Below are positions 29,531 through 41,145 of a stretch of DNA of 64,000 nucleotides, piece by piece. The DNA lies in the NCBI GenBank assembly GCA_963749495.1, contig CAVVMW010000005.1, positions 352,001 through 416,000 on the forward strand, written 5' to 3'. Source of the stretch: an uncultured bacterium (GTDB lineage Bacteria > Verrucomicrobiota > Verrucomicrobiia > Limisphaerales > UBA8199). The notes beneath the pieces were generated by a model. That model saw only the letters and a list, made by a program, of their open reading frames with translations, searched no databases and had not been told where the DNA came from. A program made the position numbers and the translations under genes. Positions within the stretch are counted from its first letter, which is position 1. Every line of letters begins with the position of its first letter.

Positions 29531-29722
29531 TTGGATGCCTGTCAGGTGGACGATGCGGCTGGGTCTTCTCTTTGAACGTCACCGTGGCCGTTGGCGCCGC
29601 GAACGCCCGGCTTCGCGGTTTGCGGAGCCAGAGGGTCTGCGCCTTGCGTTCAATCGGCGTCGGAGGCCCGCAACCCGGGCGTTTTCTCTCGGGGCATTCT
29701 ACGGGCGGGCGTTGTCTGGCAG

Positions 29723-30652
29723 CTACGGAGGCCGGTTTCCGGCCACCCGAAGCGGCGCGGGATTGACCCCCAGGATCTGTTTGTAGAACTCGACGAGGCT
29801 ATCGAGAAGCAGTTGCCGGGGGAACTCCTTTTCCACCCTGCTGCGGGCGTTTCGCCCGAGCCACTCTCGCAGGTTGGGGTCACTGGCAAGTCTCTCGATG
29901 GCGCGCTGAAGGGCCTGCACATCGCCCTGGGGGACCAGCAGTCCGGTTTGGTTGTGGTGAATGGCACACTGGATGCCGGGAATGTCGGTGCCAAGCAACG
30001 CCCTGCCCGCTGCGGCGCCCTCTAGAAGCGAATAGCCGAAGCCCTCGTGGTCACTGGAGAGCACGACGGCATCGCAGGCGGCGTAAAAGTCCCTAAGGTC
30101 CTGGAGATAGCCCAGGCCGCGAACACCGGGTATGTGCCGTCCAAGGGCGCCGTCGCATTCGCCCTGAACGCAACCTGCGACGAGGAGCACACCCCGCTCT
30201 TGCATTAGCCAGGACCGCTCCCAGGCTTCCAGCAGCCGATGGAGGCCCTTGCGCTTAAAGGGGCGACCCACGTAGCCCAGCGCGAACACCCCGTCGGCCA
30301 GACCCAGCCCTGCCCGTGCTGCCGCTCTGGCCTGCGGGCCGAACCGTTCAGGAGGGAAGGCGTCCAGGTCGATACCTGCGGCCGAACCGTTCGCGAGCAC
30401 GGTCCCCTCGCCCGCGGCCAAGAGACCGTCCAGCCGCGCGGCGTTCAGATTGGAGTGACTGACCAGGAGGACGTTCGTGGCCAGCCGAATGTTCAGAGCC
30501 TCAAAAGCGCGCAGGGCTTGCCGCAACGGGCCTCGGTAGCCGAGGCCAAGCTCCCAGTTCCGCAGGGACTGCGCAAAAACCGACTGAAGCGCCTCTCGGA
30601 AATATTTTCCCGGGTTGAAGAACGGCAAGCCGATTGTTACTGTGGGGTTCAC
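29723..30652 (-). pseudogene. Chimeric glycosyltransferase (GT2 N-terminus fused to GT4 C-terminal part)
   Basis: VTIGLPFFN..ALQSVFAQSL.NWEL joined to YVGR..RKG, EGFG..LLE..A.G, TGLLVP. Confidence 0.7.
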
Positions 30653-30718
30653 TGGAGATTCAATCTGTTTGCGCCGCCCCGTGCTCCCGCTTTGTCCTCA
30701 TCCCAACTGTGTGCCCGG

Positions 30719-32433
30719 TCACGCCCTCCGGGTCAGGCTGGCCGCGACAGCGCAAATCACCAGCGCCAGGAACAGAACCGAGTAGATCTGGAAGGGGAAA
30801 TCCCACCGAGCCCACACCAGGCAGCCGGTTAATGAAAGCCAGAGCAAGAGCATGAAGCGCCGGCAGGCATGGATGCCCCCGCGCCCGAACCAGCGCAGCA
30901 GCACCATCAGAAAGGCCAGCGCGATGAGCACGCTGCCCACGTACCCGAAGGTGACGCGCGTCTCCAGCCAGTCATTGTGCAGTTGTGGGTACCACTCCTT
31001 GGCCTGGTCTTCCGGCTTGCGGTAGAGCGGGTAGAGGGTTCCGAAGGTCCCCGGCCCGTGCCGAAGAGCGGGTAATCGGCCGCCATGGGCCTGGCGGTAT
31101 CGTACATCGCCTCGCGGTCCTTGTAGTCTTCATCTATGCGTTCAAATCGCAGCTTGAGCGTCTTCCAGCCCAGGCCGAAGCCCAGGGCCAGGGCCAGAAG
31201 CGAGAAGAGCAGGAGTGCGGACGTTGCGGCCCGCCCCGGGCCCCGCCTGCGCACCCCATCCCACCATTGGATGGCCAACAGGCACAGCGGGCCCAGCACC
31301 AGCGTCCCGGCCGCCACGACCGTTCCCGCCCGGGTGGTCGCAATGATCGGGCAGGCCGCCATGCCCAGGGCGCAGATCAATACCAGGTGATGGCCCGCGT
31401 GCCCACGAACGCTGCGCCGGTTCAGTGTCCACCAGAATCCGACGCACACCGGCCATAAGAGGCTGAAGTATTGTCCGGCGTTGGACCGGTAGGCGTAAGG
31501 CCCGAATTGGGACAGGGCACTCACACCATACCGCGGCCTGACCAGGAAGAGCAGCAAGGGGCACTGGTCCAGCCGCTGGACGATGCCCTCCACCGCCAAC
31601 AAACCGCCGTTAATGGCCAGCACCCACAACAGGCGCCGCAGCCGCCCCGGAAACAGCGGGGCGGAGCCGGAGCCACGCCGGTGCCGGCCCGGCGCGGGGC
31701 TTTCGGCGCGCTCCTCGCTCGATGTCTTGCCGGGCAGCCAATCCAATATCGCCCAAAACGAGCACGCCAGGGCGAGGTAGTTCCGAAATGCCGCCCAGCT
31801 CGCATTGCCATCCAGGCTGTAGGGCAGCCACTTGACGTAATTGTCCCGATAAGAAGGCAGGAACGTGTCGGGATCGATATAGCAGCGGGCGTTCCACGCG
31901 CTGACCCAGCAATAAGCCACGATGGCGACCGTGAGCCCGGCCAGCACAACCAGCGGGGCCCGCCCCCGTCGGGCTTGCCCCTCGTGGTGTGAATGCCCCC
32001 AACCGCGCGGCAGGTCATCCCAGCGCGCCGGCCGGTATCCCTTGAGCCAGCGGATGCCAAGTTTGATCGCCAGCAGCGCCCCCAACGTGTAACCCCCGGC
32101 GTTCATGGTGCGCATCAACCACTCCTGCGTGGTGCCGAACGCCCAGGGACTGAAAATGACCATCGCGTAAATCAGCAATTCGGTCAGGCACTCGCCCAGG
32201 TAGTAAAGCTGCACGTCCCGCACCCGCAATGACAGCACTGTCGGCACTCCGCGGGCGGCGGCGCCCTGGTCTCGCACGGCGGCGGGGACCCCCGCTTCTT
32301 CTGGCATTTCCACGCGCTCAAATTGAAAGCTAGATGTGGCAGTTCCACAAGCCAAAACGGGGGCGCAGTTCAGGTTTTGAACCGCGGTCCAAGCGGCTGT
32401 GGGGTGGGCAATGGAGACAACCAGCAAAGTCAA
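30719..32433 (-). CDS. O-antigen ligase family protein (frameshift near 31055; start uncertain)
   Basis: FSPWAFG, FGPYAYRSNA, TRAG, YPLFGTG, HNDWLE in the shifted frame, DFPFQ; multiple TM segments. Confidence 0.75.
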
Positions 32434-32499
32434 TTTGACCTCAGCGCCAACAACTCACGATTTGGAGGCGTTGCTTCCCCCGGAGCGGGAGCGGTTGCT

Positions 32500-32775
32500 G
32501 CGACGAGTAGCCGGCAGCTCCGGGAGGTTCCGGCCCAGACTATTCCCGCCCACCAGGTGATCGTCTTTGGTTCCCCGGCCAAGCCAGACCGTTTCACAGA
32601 AGACTCTGACGTGGACCTGGGGCTGGAGTCCGAGCCGCCCGGGATGAGCCTCTACCTGCTTGCCAGCCTGCTGGCCGAACGCCTGGGGCGCAGGGTGGAT
32701 GTCGTGCTGCTGCCCGAAAGCCGCTTCCGGGACAAAATCCTGAGAGAAGGGGAGACATGGACGCCGCCGGGCTGA
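32500..32775 (+). pseudogene. Minimal nucleotidyltransferase (MNT) antitoxin, 5' end uncertain; followed by a possible HEPN stub at 32757
   Basis: VIVFGS...SDVDLG...RVDVV...ILREG. Confidence 0.7.
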
Positions 32776-32889
32776 GCATCCTGCTGGCCGAGTTGGAGGC
32801 CGAATTGCCCCCTCGTGCGCCGATTTCGGCGGCAAGGTCCGCGCGGAGCAGCACTGGGCCGCCCGCTGAAGGAACACATGCCGGTACAA

Positions 32890-32953
32890 GGCTGAACCAT
32901 GATCGACGTCCCAACTGCAACAAAAAAGCCGCCCCGGAAAAACCGGGGCGGCT
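32890..32953 (-). terminator. 64-bp repeat containing a terminator (copy 2)
   Basis: Similar to 29467-29530. Confidence 0.7.
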
Positions 32954-33305
32954 GCTGGTCACTTGTTAAATTGTTCAACCCGTTAGTTGTTCATCTCGGC
33001 ATCGGTCAACCGAGGCCGTGCGCGGCCACCTGGCGTGCGACCCAGGCATGGGTCCGCCCGAGGCGTGCGCAGAGCCCAAAGCGGCACCGCCAGCCGGTTC
33101 AGTGAATTCGCTCCTTCCTGAAATTGCAGGATAGGACCGCACCCGACCCTCAACATAATATCTCATCTCCGGCCTCGGCCTTGGGCCGGAGTGGAGTTCA
33201 GGCGGACGCCTCGCCGTCTGCCGTGGGCAGGCGCAGCAAACTCGCCGGCTACGCTTGCCTGTGAAGCCTCCTCAAGCCACACCGCCTCATGAGTTCGTCC
33301 AGAGG

Positions 33306-33860
33306 TTATCCGTCTCTTGTCCTTGTCAACGTTGAACCCGGGGGGCCGGTTGCCGTCGGGCGCCTGTACGACTCCCACCGCCTCACGGTCTTCATCCAGC
33401 TTTCCGCCAGCAGTGTGCAGAGAACCTCGAATACCTCCGGGTCCGAAACGCCAGGAGAGCGGCGAGTGCGGCCGCGGGCCGGGCCGAAGTGCTCTCGTCC
33501 AGCCCCGTTGCATTCGAAGGCGGGTGCCTCCAGCGTCATTGTCCCGAGTTCCCCGCCGCCGCCCAGGGAGCGCCGGCTGGAATGCACGTGGCGGCTGATC
33601 TTTGGCGCCGACCAGACCCGTTGGCCGTCCTCCATCGTGAGGAGAACCGCGCTGAATCCAAGCCTCTGCGCCGCAAACACCAGGTCCGCCCACAATTCCT
33701 CAATCGGAACCCCCCGGTCGCCTCCCAACTCCAGCCACCGCGTCACGCTCCGCGCGTATTCGATCTCGCGCCGCACGAGGAGCCGATACCGGACGCCTGG
33801 AGCCAGCAGAACGACGATTCCGAGCCCTGTGAGACCAGTGATTAGCACGCCGCCGTTCAT
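33306..33860 (-). CDS. Hypothetical membrane-anchored protein
   Basis: N-terminal hydrophobic segment followed by a plausible soluble domain. Confidence 0.4.
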   Translation of the reverse strand: MNGGVLITGLTGLGIVVLLAPGVRYRLLVRREIEYARSVTRWLELGGDRGVPIEELWADLVFAAQRLGFSAVLLTMEDGQRVWSAPKISRHVHSSRRSLGGGGELGTMTLEAPAFECNGAGREHFGPARGRTRRSPGVSDPEVFEVLCTLLAESWMKTVRRWESYRRPTATGPPGSTLTRTRDG

Positions 33861-34086
33861 GGTGCCGCCTTCCGCATCTTGTTGCTCAGCAACCGTTTTG
33901 AGAACGCTCCCCTGACAGTCCTGGGCAACGGAACAAAGAGCGATCGGGAGAGGCTCCCCGCGTGGGGCCGGGTTCCCCGGCGATAAGGTCAGGAATCGAG
34001 GCGGGTGCCGATAACGCGGCATCCGGCGGTGGGGCTGAAGCTCCTCGACTTTCCTGGCATCCTTTGCCGGAGAGTTAGGAGGTCCC

Positions 34087-35592
34087 CTACCGGCCCTTGA
34101 AACCGAGGATGACCTGCAAGGTTTTCAACAGAATGATCATGTCGGCAAATAAGCCCTGGTGCTTGATGTAATGGAGATCGTATTCGAGCTTGATCAGGGC
34201 ATCCTCGGCGGAGGCGCCGTACCGGTATTTGACCTGGGCCCAGCCGGTGATGCCGGGCTTGACGGCGTGGCGCGCCCGATAGAAGGGGATTTCTTCGGCC
34301 AATCGGTTGGCAAATTCCGGGCGTTCGGGCCGGGGACCGACGACGCTCATTTCACCTCGGAGGACGTTCCAGAATTGGGGCACCTCGTCGAGCCGGGTTT
34401 TGCGCAGGAAGTTTCCGACCGGGGTAATGCGGCTGTCTCCCTTCTGGGCCCACACCGCTCCCGTTTTTCTCTCCGCATCCATCACCATCAACCTGAACTT
34501 GATCAGGGGGAAGATCTTGCCTCTCTGCCCCACCCGGTCTTGAATGAAAAAGAGGCTGCCTGGACTGGCGATGCGATTTCCCAGCCATACGAAGGGGATG
34601 ACAACGAGCATGAACACGCATCCCAGGAGGCCGATCCCGATGTCCATCAGGCGTTTGACCAGAAGGAACAGCCGGTACAGCGCCGGCCGACCCACCGGCA
34701 TGACCACGTCCAATGCACGCCCGGCGTGCTCCACCGGGACTCGCCCAGTCAGTTCCTCATAAACGCTGGCCATGGTGGTCACGCTCAGGCCCGCCTCGCG
34801 GCACCGCAGCACGGCGTCAATCAGGCTTTCGGGCGCATTCTGCGTATGGGTGATGGCAAAGACCAGTTCCTCGGGCTCCAACTCCTGGACCAGCCGCTCC
34901 AGGTCCAGGTGAGTGCCCAATACCGGCACCCCATCAACGACAGCACCTTGGTAGGCCGGGTCGTCATCGACAAACCCAAGCACCTCGTAGCTCGTCCACC
35001 TCCTCTTCTGTCCGTCGCCGGCCACTTGGCCGGCCATGCACTCCAGCAGTGTGCGCCCGCACCACCCGGCCCCCAGGATGATCACCCGGTGATAAGACTG
35101 AGTCCGGCGCAGCACTAAGGAGTAAGAGCCTCGCCAGGCCGCGAGCCCCAGGATGCTCAGCACCGGAAAGCTAAACAGCTCCACGCGGTGCGCCGGTAAC
35201 ACCGGCGTCAGAATCGGCACGCTCAGGAAAATCGCGAAGGTGACTAGCGCCGCACCTGCGGCGGCCCAGGTCGAGTCGGCGGGCTTGGCTGCCAGCGACA
35301 GGTCGTAGATCCCCAGCGCGACCCCAAGGCCGACCCAGAGGAGACTGATCAGGGCGAACCAAGGCAGTTGTTCGGACGGCAGCAGGGGCCCCAAGGAGAG
35401 GTTCGCACGAAGGCTCAGCGTCAGGCCCAACGCAACGTTGACGCAAATCAAATCCCCAACTGCCAGGATCAGCTTGTGTTCCTGCAGGCGCAGGCGCAAC
35501 CAACTAACCGGTTTCTGACGGCCCAAGGCGCCGGGAGTTGTGGAACGCCGCATCGCTTCCGCCGGGGTCCGCGTGGAGCTTGGGCTGCTCAT
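34087..35592 (-). CDS. Polyprenyl glycosylphosphotransferase (WcaJ/WbaP-type initiating sugar transferase)
   Basis: Four TM segments, ILGAG, GFVDDD, KRLMDI, RKTRLDEVPQ, GEMSVVGPRPE, VKPGITGWAQV. Confidence 0.93.
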   Translation of the reverse strand: MSSPSSTRTPAEAMRRSTTPGALGRQKPVSWLRLRLQEHKLILAVGDLICVNVALGLTLSLRANLSLGPLLPSEQLPWFALISLLWVGLGVALGIYDLSLAAKPADSTWAAAGAALVTFAIFLSVPILTPVLPAHRVELFSFPVLSILGLAAWRGSYSLVLRRTQSYHRVIILGAGWCGRTLLECMAGQVAGDGQKRRWTSYEVLGFVDDDPAYQGAVVDGVPVLGTHLDLERLVQELEPEELVFAITHTQNAPESLIDAVLRCREAGLSVTTMASVYEELTGRVPVEHAGRALDVVMPVGRPALYRLFLLVKRLMDIGIGLLGCVFMLVVIPFVWLGNRIASPGSLFFIQDRVGQRGKIFPLIKFRLMVMDAERKTGAVWAQKGDSRITPVGNFLRKTRLDEVPQFWNVLRGEMSVVGPRPERPEFANRLAEEIPFYRARHAVKPGITGWAQVKYRYGASAEDALIKLEYDLHYIKHQGLFADMIILLKTLQVILGFKGR

Positions 35593-36445
35593 CGAACAGC
35601 AGGGTGTCTCAACAGCTTCTGGTAAACAAATCTCACCAGCCCCGGCGGGCTCTTTCTAAAGGCCCACCTGAATGACATGTGAAAGAGGAAAAGCGGCAGG
35701 GAGTAGAACCCGATGGCGCGCAAAAATTCGATGGATTGTTGCTCTCCCTTCCAATACCTTTGGGTTCCTCTGCGCCTGAAAAGCTGATCCCCGGTCCTGG
35801 CCTTCACGAGAATATCCGGGAGGTTCGCCGTCCTGGCGTTAGCCATCAGGAACTTGGCCCAGAAACAGTAGTCCTCGTTGCTTGCCACAATGGGGTACCC
35901 CCCAGCCTCAAGGCCATGTCGCGCCTAAAGACAACCGTCATGCCATTAAACGGATTACGCCATTTGGCAAGGCGGCGAATGCGCTCCTCGCAGCAGGGAG
36001 TCAAACGCTTCCCGAGTTCTCTCCGCCCGGATTCGTCCACCTCGAGGATGGAACAGCCCACGAGATCAATGTCTGGGTTCTCCTTCAGGAAGTCTTTGTA
36101 TCGACTCATCCAATGCGGCAGATAGATGTCGTCGCTGTCCACGCGTGCAACGTATGTGCCGGTGGCCTCCCGAATGCCGAAGTTGAGCGACGCCGGCAGG
36201 CCGTAACCGAGCGGCCCGTTTTGGAAGGGGATCTTTAGCCACCGGAAGGCAGAGTGACGGGCGATGTCCTGCCAGCGGCCCAAGACCGCCTCGACGGACG
36301 CCGGAACATCGCCTTCCTGAACGACGACGATTTCATCCGCCTTGACCTGCTGCCCGAACAGGCTTCGAAGACTGGCCTCCAAAACCTCGGGATTGTCATT
36401 CTTATAAACCGACAACAGGGCCGACACCGGTATGTCATGCTGCAT
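35589..36445 (-). CDS. GT2 glycosyltransferase (AmsE-like), frameshift near 35895
   Basis: VSALLSVYKND, ARVDSDD, PFN, EDY in the second frame. Confidence 0.8.
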
Positions 36446-36796
36446 AGTTAAGCGGCTGTGGAAGAATCAATACCGAATCCTTCTGGGAAAGCGGACGGTT
36501 GCAGAGCCTGACTTACGCCCTTTTGCTCTGGCACCTATTCCGCGCCCTCATTGAAGGAGCACTCGAAAATCTGGTAAAGGACTTGGGCCGCAAGGTTGTT
36601 CGAAGAGTCTTACCCACCATGGACCAGACTGTAGATGCATTTCTTAATGACGCCGTGCAAATGAACCCGGAAGAAGTCTCGGTTCAGTTGAAAGCGGAAC
36701 AGTTGGGCTATCTGTGACCACTTTTTGGCCCCATATTATCGCCAAAATGCCAGCTCGTCAAATCGCTCCGGTTTCCAAACGGCCCTTGGCTGGACC

Positions 36797-37777
36797 TCAC
36801 TGGCGCTCTTGCAGAAGGTAAGCGTGTGCACGCAGGAACCGCACCGTTCGACGCAAGCCCTCCTCGATAGAGACCTTGGGTTGCCAGCCCAATGCTTTCA
36901 ACTTGGCCGTTTCCAGGTGGACCATCGGGCTGTCGCCGACCCAGCCCCGTTTGCCGCCCGCGAATTCCAAGCGCACATCCTTAAGCTTCAGTTCGTCCAA
37001 GATGATATCCGCCGCCTCCGTAACGGTAATGAACTCGTCATGCCCGAGGTTGTAGACATTCTTTTGGGCCTGAGTTCTCTCAATGCCGCGGACGATGCCC
37101 TCGACCCCATCCTTCACATAGAGATACGACTTTATCTGCGTGCCATCACCCAACAATGGCAAGCGCGTGGGGTCTCGCTGCAGCTTTTTCATGACGTCAA
37201 AAACGATGCCGTGCGTGTAGCGCTCCCCAACCCAGTCCACGAACCGATAAATGAAACAACGCATCCCGAAATACTCGCAATACGCCTGAATCATCGCTTC
37301 CCCCGCCAGCTTGCTGGCCCCGTAAAGCGAGGTTTGTAGAGGCGCGTAATCTTCCGGCGTAGGGAAGCGCTCGGGCTCGCCGTAAACGCTGGCGCTGCTG
37401 GAAAATGCAATGGCCGGCACCGCGCTGCAGCGCATGGCCTCCAAAACATTCCAGGTGGCAAGGGTGTTCTGTTCCAAATCGATGCGCGTGTTTTCCTTCC
37501 CGCCCCGGACATCGGCGTTGGCTTGAAAATGAAAAACAAAGTCGCACCCCTCCATAGCGCGCCGCAGGGCGGGTAAGTCCAGCACATCTCCCCTAACGAC
37601 GCTCAACTGCCCGCCCGGCGGAGGGATGAATTCTTCCCGGCCAGTCGAGAAATCGTCGTACACGACAACGGCAACTCCACGCAATAACAGCTCATCGACT
37701 AAGTGACTGCCGATAAAGCCGGCACCGCCGCTAACGAGGGCCCTTCGGATGCTTACGGGACGTAGGCGATCAGTCAT
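36797..37777 (-). CDS. NAD-dependent epimerase/dehydratase
   Basis: GGAGFIGSH, SSASVYG, YGASK. Confidence 0.92.
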   Translation of the reverse strand: MTDRLRPVSIRRALVSGGAGFIGSHLVDELLLRGVAVVVYDDFSTGREEFIPPPGGQLSVVRGDVLDLPALRRAMEGCDFVFHFQANADVRGGKENTRIDLEQNTLATWNVLEAMRCSAVPAIAFSSSASVYGEPERFPTPEDYAPLQTSLYGASKLAGEAMIQAYCEYFGMRCFIYRFVDWVGERYTHGIVFDVMKKLQRDPTRLPLLGDGTQIKSYLYVKDGVEGIVRGIERTQAQKNVYNLGHDEFITVTEAADIILDELKLKDVRLEFAGGKRGWVGDSPMVHLETAKLKALGWQPKVSIEEGLRRTVRFLRAHAYLLQERQ

Positions 37778-38030
37778 GGACGAAAATGATCTTGCTGCCC
37801 TGAGGGTCGAAGCGAAAATCGACGCGCCTGAGTTCCTTCAGCCTCAGAGGCAATACGATCGTGGCACTCTCAATGGGCACAGAACATGAGACCCCCCCCC
37901 CCAGCGCCAGCGCCGAGCAACTTCCCACATGGCCCCCGCCCTACACCGGCGTGAATACCAGTCATCAACGGCGCCACTCCTGATGCTCGGACATTCCGGG
38001 AGTTTAGGGGCCGAGAACTGCGCCAGCGGG
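37770..38030 (-). pseudogene. Degenerate 3' remnant of a second hddA-like kinase
   Basis: KLLGAGAGG and LRRVDFRFDPQGSKIIFVHD* parallel the C-terminus of 41146-42129. Confidence 0.75.
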
Positions 38031-38341
38031 TGAAGACATGGATGTGGCCTGCGCACTGCACAAGTTCCGGCAAGCGCAACGAACATCGAGCGAGACAAAT
38101 GCAAAATGCTCTATGGCCTACCATGAATGAATCAGGAAAAAAGCCTAACATGTCCTTCGAAGCGAAATCACGCGCACTAGAGTCCTTGAATCTCACAACC
38201 CGTTACAGACAGCTCGAGTTTTGACGCGATCGCAAACAGTTGGTTCCGCTGGGATTCCAAAATGGCAATTGAAAAGGTTCAATTCTCATTTTTCCACCTC
38301 CAAAGGCCTGAGGCTCCGCCTCGCCAGGAATGAATGAGTCC

Positions 38342-38510
38342 TCAACCGGTGACGCTCGAAGCCGTGTTCGGAGAGGTCTGAGTGGAAAACGTCTGGTCTT
38401 CGGGCGCAGGAATGAGGCTGGCTTCGCCGTACACAAAGCCGGCCGAGGAAAAGGCGATTTCGGAGATGCTGTTCGCCCGCATCGCCTCGAGGACGCTCCT
38501 CTTCAGGGAA
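38342..38510 (-). pseudogene. Degenerate epimerase fragment
   Basis: VLEAMR..ISEIAFSS..VYGE...P.PED..QTS parallels 36797-37777. Confidence 0.65.
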
Positions 38511-38565
38511 GGATCACGGTTCAAACACGCTTGTTTTAGGACTAGAAGTCTCATAGATGCCGGCC

Positions 38566-39871
38566 TCATCGCTCTGCTGAATGGCCCCACACAAAGTCCG
38601 GCCTAGATCGCATGCCAAGCACCCATTCGTAAACAGTTCGGATCTTCCTGGCCGCCTCCTCCCAAGAGTGTTTTTCAACCACCAGCTTCCGGCCCCGGGA
38701 GCCCATTTCGTGCCGTTCCTCGTCAGTCCTGGAACGTCGCGTCGTGGAGCGCGGCGCCCAAGGCCTCCGCCCCAACGTTGACCCACCAGCCGCACCGGTG
38801 CGCAGCCAATTCCTCCCATGGGGTTGCTTTCGTAGTTACGACAGGAACACCGCTCGACAGAGCCTCCCCGACCACCAGCCCGAAGTTCTCGCTCAGGCTT
38901 GGGAGCACGAAAAGGTCCGATTGCCTGTAGAGTTCCCATTTCTCCTCGCCTGTCGCGGCTCCGCGGAACTCAAAAACGCCGTCCAGGCCCGCTGACGAAA
39001 CGGCCGCTTCCACCTCCCGGCGGTGTCCGCCTTCGTCCGGTCCGGCGATAATGACGCGCCAGCCGGGAGGCCGGACAGAGGCAAAGGCCTCGACGAGATT
39101 GAGGAGCCCCTTGACCGGATGGATGCGTCCTAAAAACAAGAGCCTGCGTTGGCAGCTAGGGCCGCGCGGTGGCTTTGGGTGCGAATCAATTTCGAATCCG
39201 GGCGGGATGATGGCAACAGGGTTTCGGAGCCCGATCTTGCGGCAGTCGTGGGCCTCGCCCTGAGCCGTGGCCTGGAGGACCGACGCCAAGGCGAGGTCCC
39301 GCCGCACGTAGAGCCACCAGGCAAGGAACTTTTTGGCACGCTTGTGATTGAGCGCCCACTTGCTGAACACGCCATGAGGAGAGATCACCAGCGGAATGTT
39401 CCGGCGTCGGGCGGTGACCGCCGCGGCGTGGTTGACGAACGTCCAGATGCCGTGCGAATGCATCAGGTTCGCATCGCTGGCCTGGCAGATTTGATCAAGG
39501 GCGCTACGGAACCCCAGCACCCAGTTTGCGTGCAGCAGGTCAACCCGCCGGCCCTCCACCAGGCGGACCAACGTGCTGCCGCATCCCAGGATGGCCTGGC
39601 GGCCACCGGGTGACGACCGTCCTGAGACCAATAACTGTAGAACGCCAACCTTGCTCAGCGCATTCGACATCGCACAGGCGTGATAGTTCAGCCCGCCCGG
39701 GGGACCGTCCAGTGCATCAACGACTGCCACACTTCTCGTCACTCGTTCTCCGTTGGCCCGCGCCTGGCGAACCGCCATTTCATGTTCTCGTTCCACACCC
39801 CGAAGTGAGCCAGGTCCTCGCATTCCGTTCTCAAGAGGGACGAGAGCGCATCGAGGGACGTAATGTGTCAA
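38566..39871 (-). CDS. GT4 glycosyltransferase (frameshift near 38750; start uncertain)
   Basis: HSHGIW, ISPHG, FLGRIHPVKG, ENFGLVVGEAL. Confidence 0.85.
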
Positions 39872-39895
39872 ATGAAAGTCAGGCCCGGCGGCCTT

Positions 39896-41044
39896 TCAGG
39901 GCTTGTTGGAGGACCCGGGTGATATCCTAGCGGGTGGCTTCGCAACAATAGCGCGAGCGGACCTCGGCACGAGCAGGCAGGGCGGCTGTTTCAGCGGTTC
40001 GTAGCCCGCGGCCACCAGAAAACGGACGGCACTTCGACAATGATCCAAGGACGGTGGAAGACAAGTCTTGGCAACCACAGCTCCAGCCACAATGCAACGC
40101 TGAATGAAGCTCCTCTTTACACCCGAGGCGATCCTCAGCCGAAACTCAACGTCCTGTTGAAGCAAGGCCTCCTGCCTTCCTGAAAGCCCGTATGTCCGAA
40201 CAAATTCCATTTTGAGCTTCAGCAGCCAACGCTCGAATCTGGCATGATTAAAGCCATTTACCGGCCCTCGGTCCGAACACCATTCGTCCAAAGGAATGTG
40301 ATGTCCTAGAAAATGCGAGACGTTCCAATTACTGACATGCCTTCCCGCCATCCGAAGTTCAGTTTCATGTGTCCTGCTCTTACTTGCGGAGTGCTCACGC
40401 AGCTTGACGAGGCGACCTCGAAGGTTGCACACTGGCCCCTTTCTGCTGATGAGCGCCCAAAACAGGTAATCTTCGCATTCGATATACTCCGGAAGAGGGT
40501 ACAGGCGGCGCCAGTCCGGCGGCACCTGCCCGTAGCGCAGTGCATTTGTGAGTAGAAATCCCCGGCGCATGGTCACCGAAGGGTGCATAAACGTGCTGCG
40601 GAAAAACAGATTCCAGTTGACCCACCATGGTTGGATTGGCAAATGGGTTTTTCCCCGAGCACGGCCCTGTTCATCGGTCCAGTATGCATTGCTACCCAGG
40701 AGCACTATTTCGGGATTTTTTTCCAGAAAATCAACTTGTGTTTGCAGGCGCTCTGGCGTTGCAACGTCATCCGCATCCATCCTTGCGATGTATTTTCCAC
40801 GCGCCTCTGTCAGTCCCAAGTTCAGACTGTCGATTAAATTGAGGCGCTTCGAGATAACGGTCAGCCTCGGGTCCTTGATCGAGTCGAGGATATCCAGTGT
40901 TCCGTCTGTGGATCCTCCGTCGATCACCAGAAAGTCGAACTCTCGGAGGGTTTGCGCTAAGACGCTGTCGAGAGCTTCTCGCAAGAATGCTTCGCCGTTA
41001 TACACCGGCATCAGGACTGTCACCAAGGTGTGCTTGTTATTCAT
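39896..41044 (-). CDS. GT2 glycosyltransferase
   Basis: VLMPVYNGE, ARMDADD, HPSV, EDY. Confidence 0.9.
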   Translation of the reverse strand: MNNKHTLVTVLMPVYNGEAFLREALDSVLAQTLREFDFLVIDGGSTDGTLDILDSIKDPRLTVISKRLNLIDSLNLGLTEARGKYIARMDADDVATPERLQTQVDFLEKNPEIVLLGSNAYWTDEQGRARGKTHLPIQPWWVNWNLFFRSTFMHPSVTMRRGFLLTNALRYGQVPPDWRRLYPLPEYIECEDYLFWALISRKGPVCNLRGRLVKLREHSASKSRTHETELRMAGRHVSNWNVSHFLGHHIPLDEWCSDRGPVNGFNHARFERWLLKLKMEFVRTYGLSGRQEALLQQDVEFRLRIASGVKRSFIQRCIVAGAVVAKTCLPPSLDHCRSAVRFLVAAGYEPLKQPPCLLVPRSARAIVAKPPARISPGSSNKP

Positions 41045-41145
41045 AGAAGTTTCCAGTTTCGCTGCCCTGGGGGGATCTTCGCGCCGGACTCGTTCCTGGG
41101 CACGGCTCTAGGCGCTCCTGATGCCGTGGGCCGCCGTTTCCGAAA

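Noticed and set aside
37892..37902. C11 tract as a phase-variation switch
   Set aside because: It lies inside an already degenerate hddA remnant.
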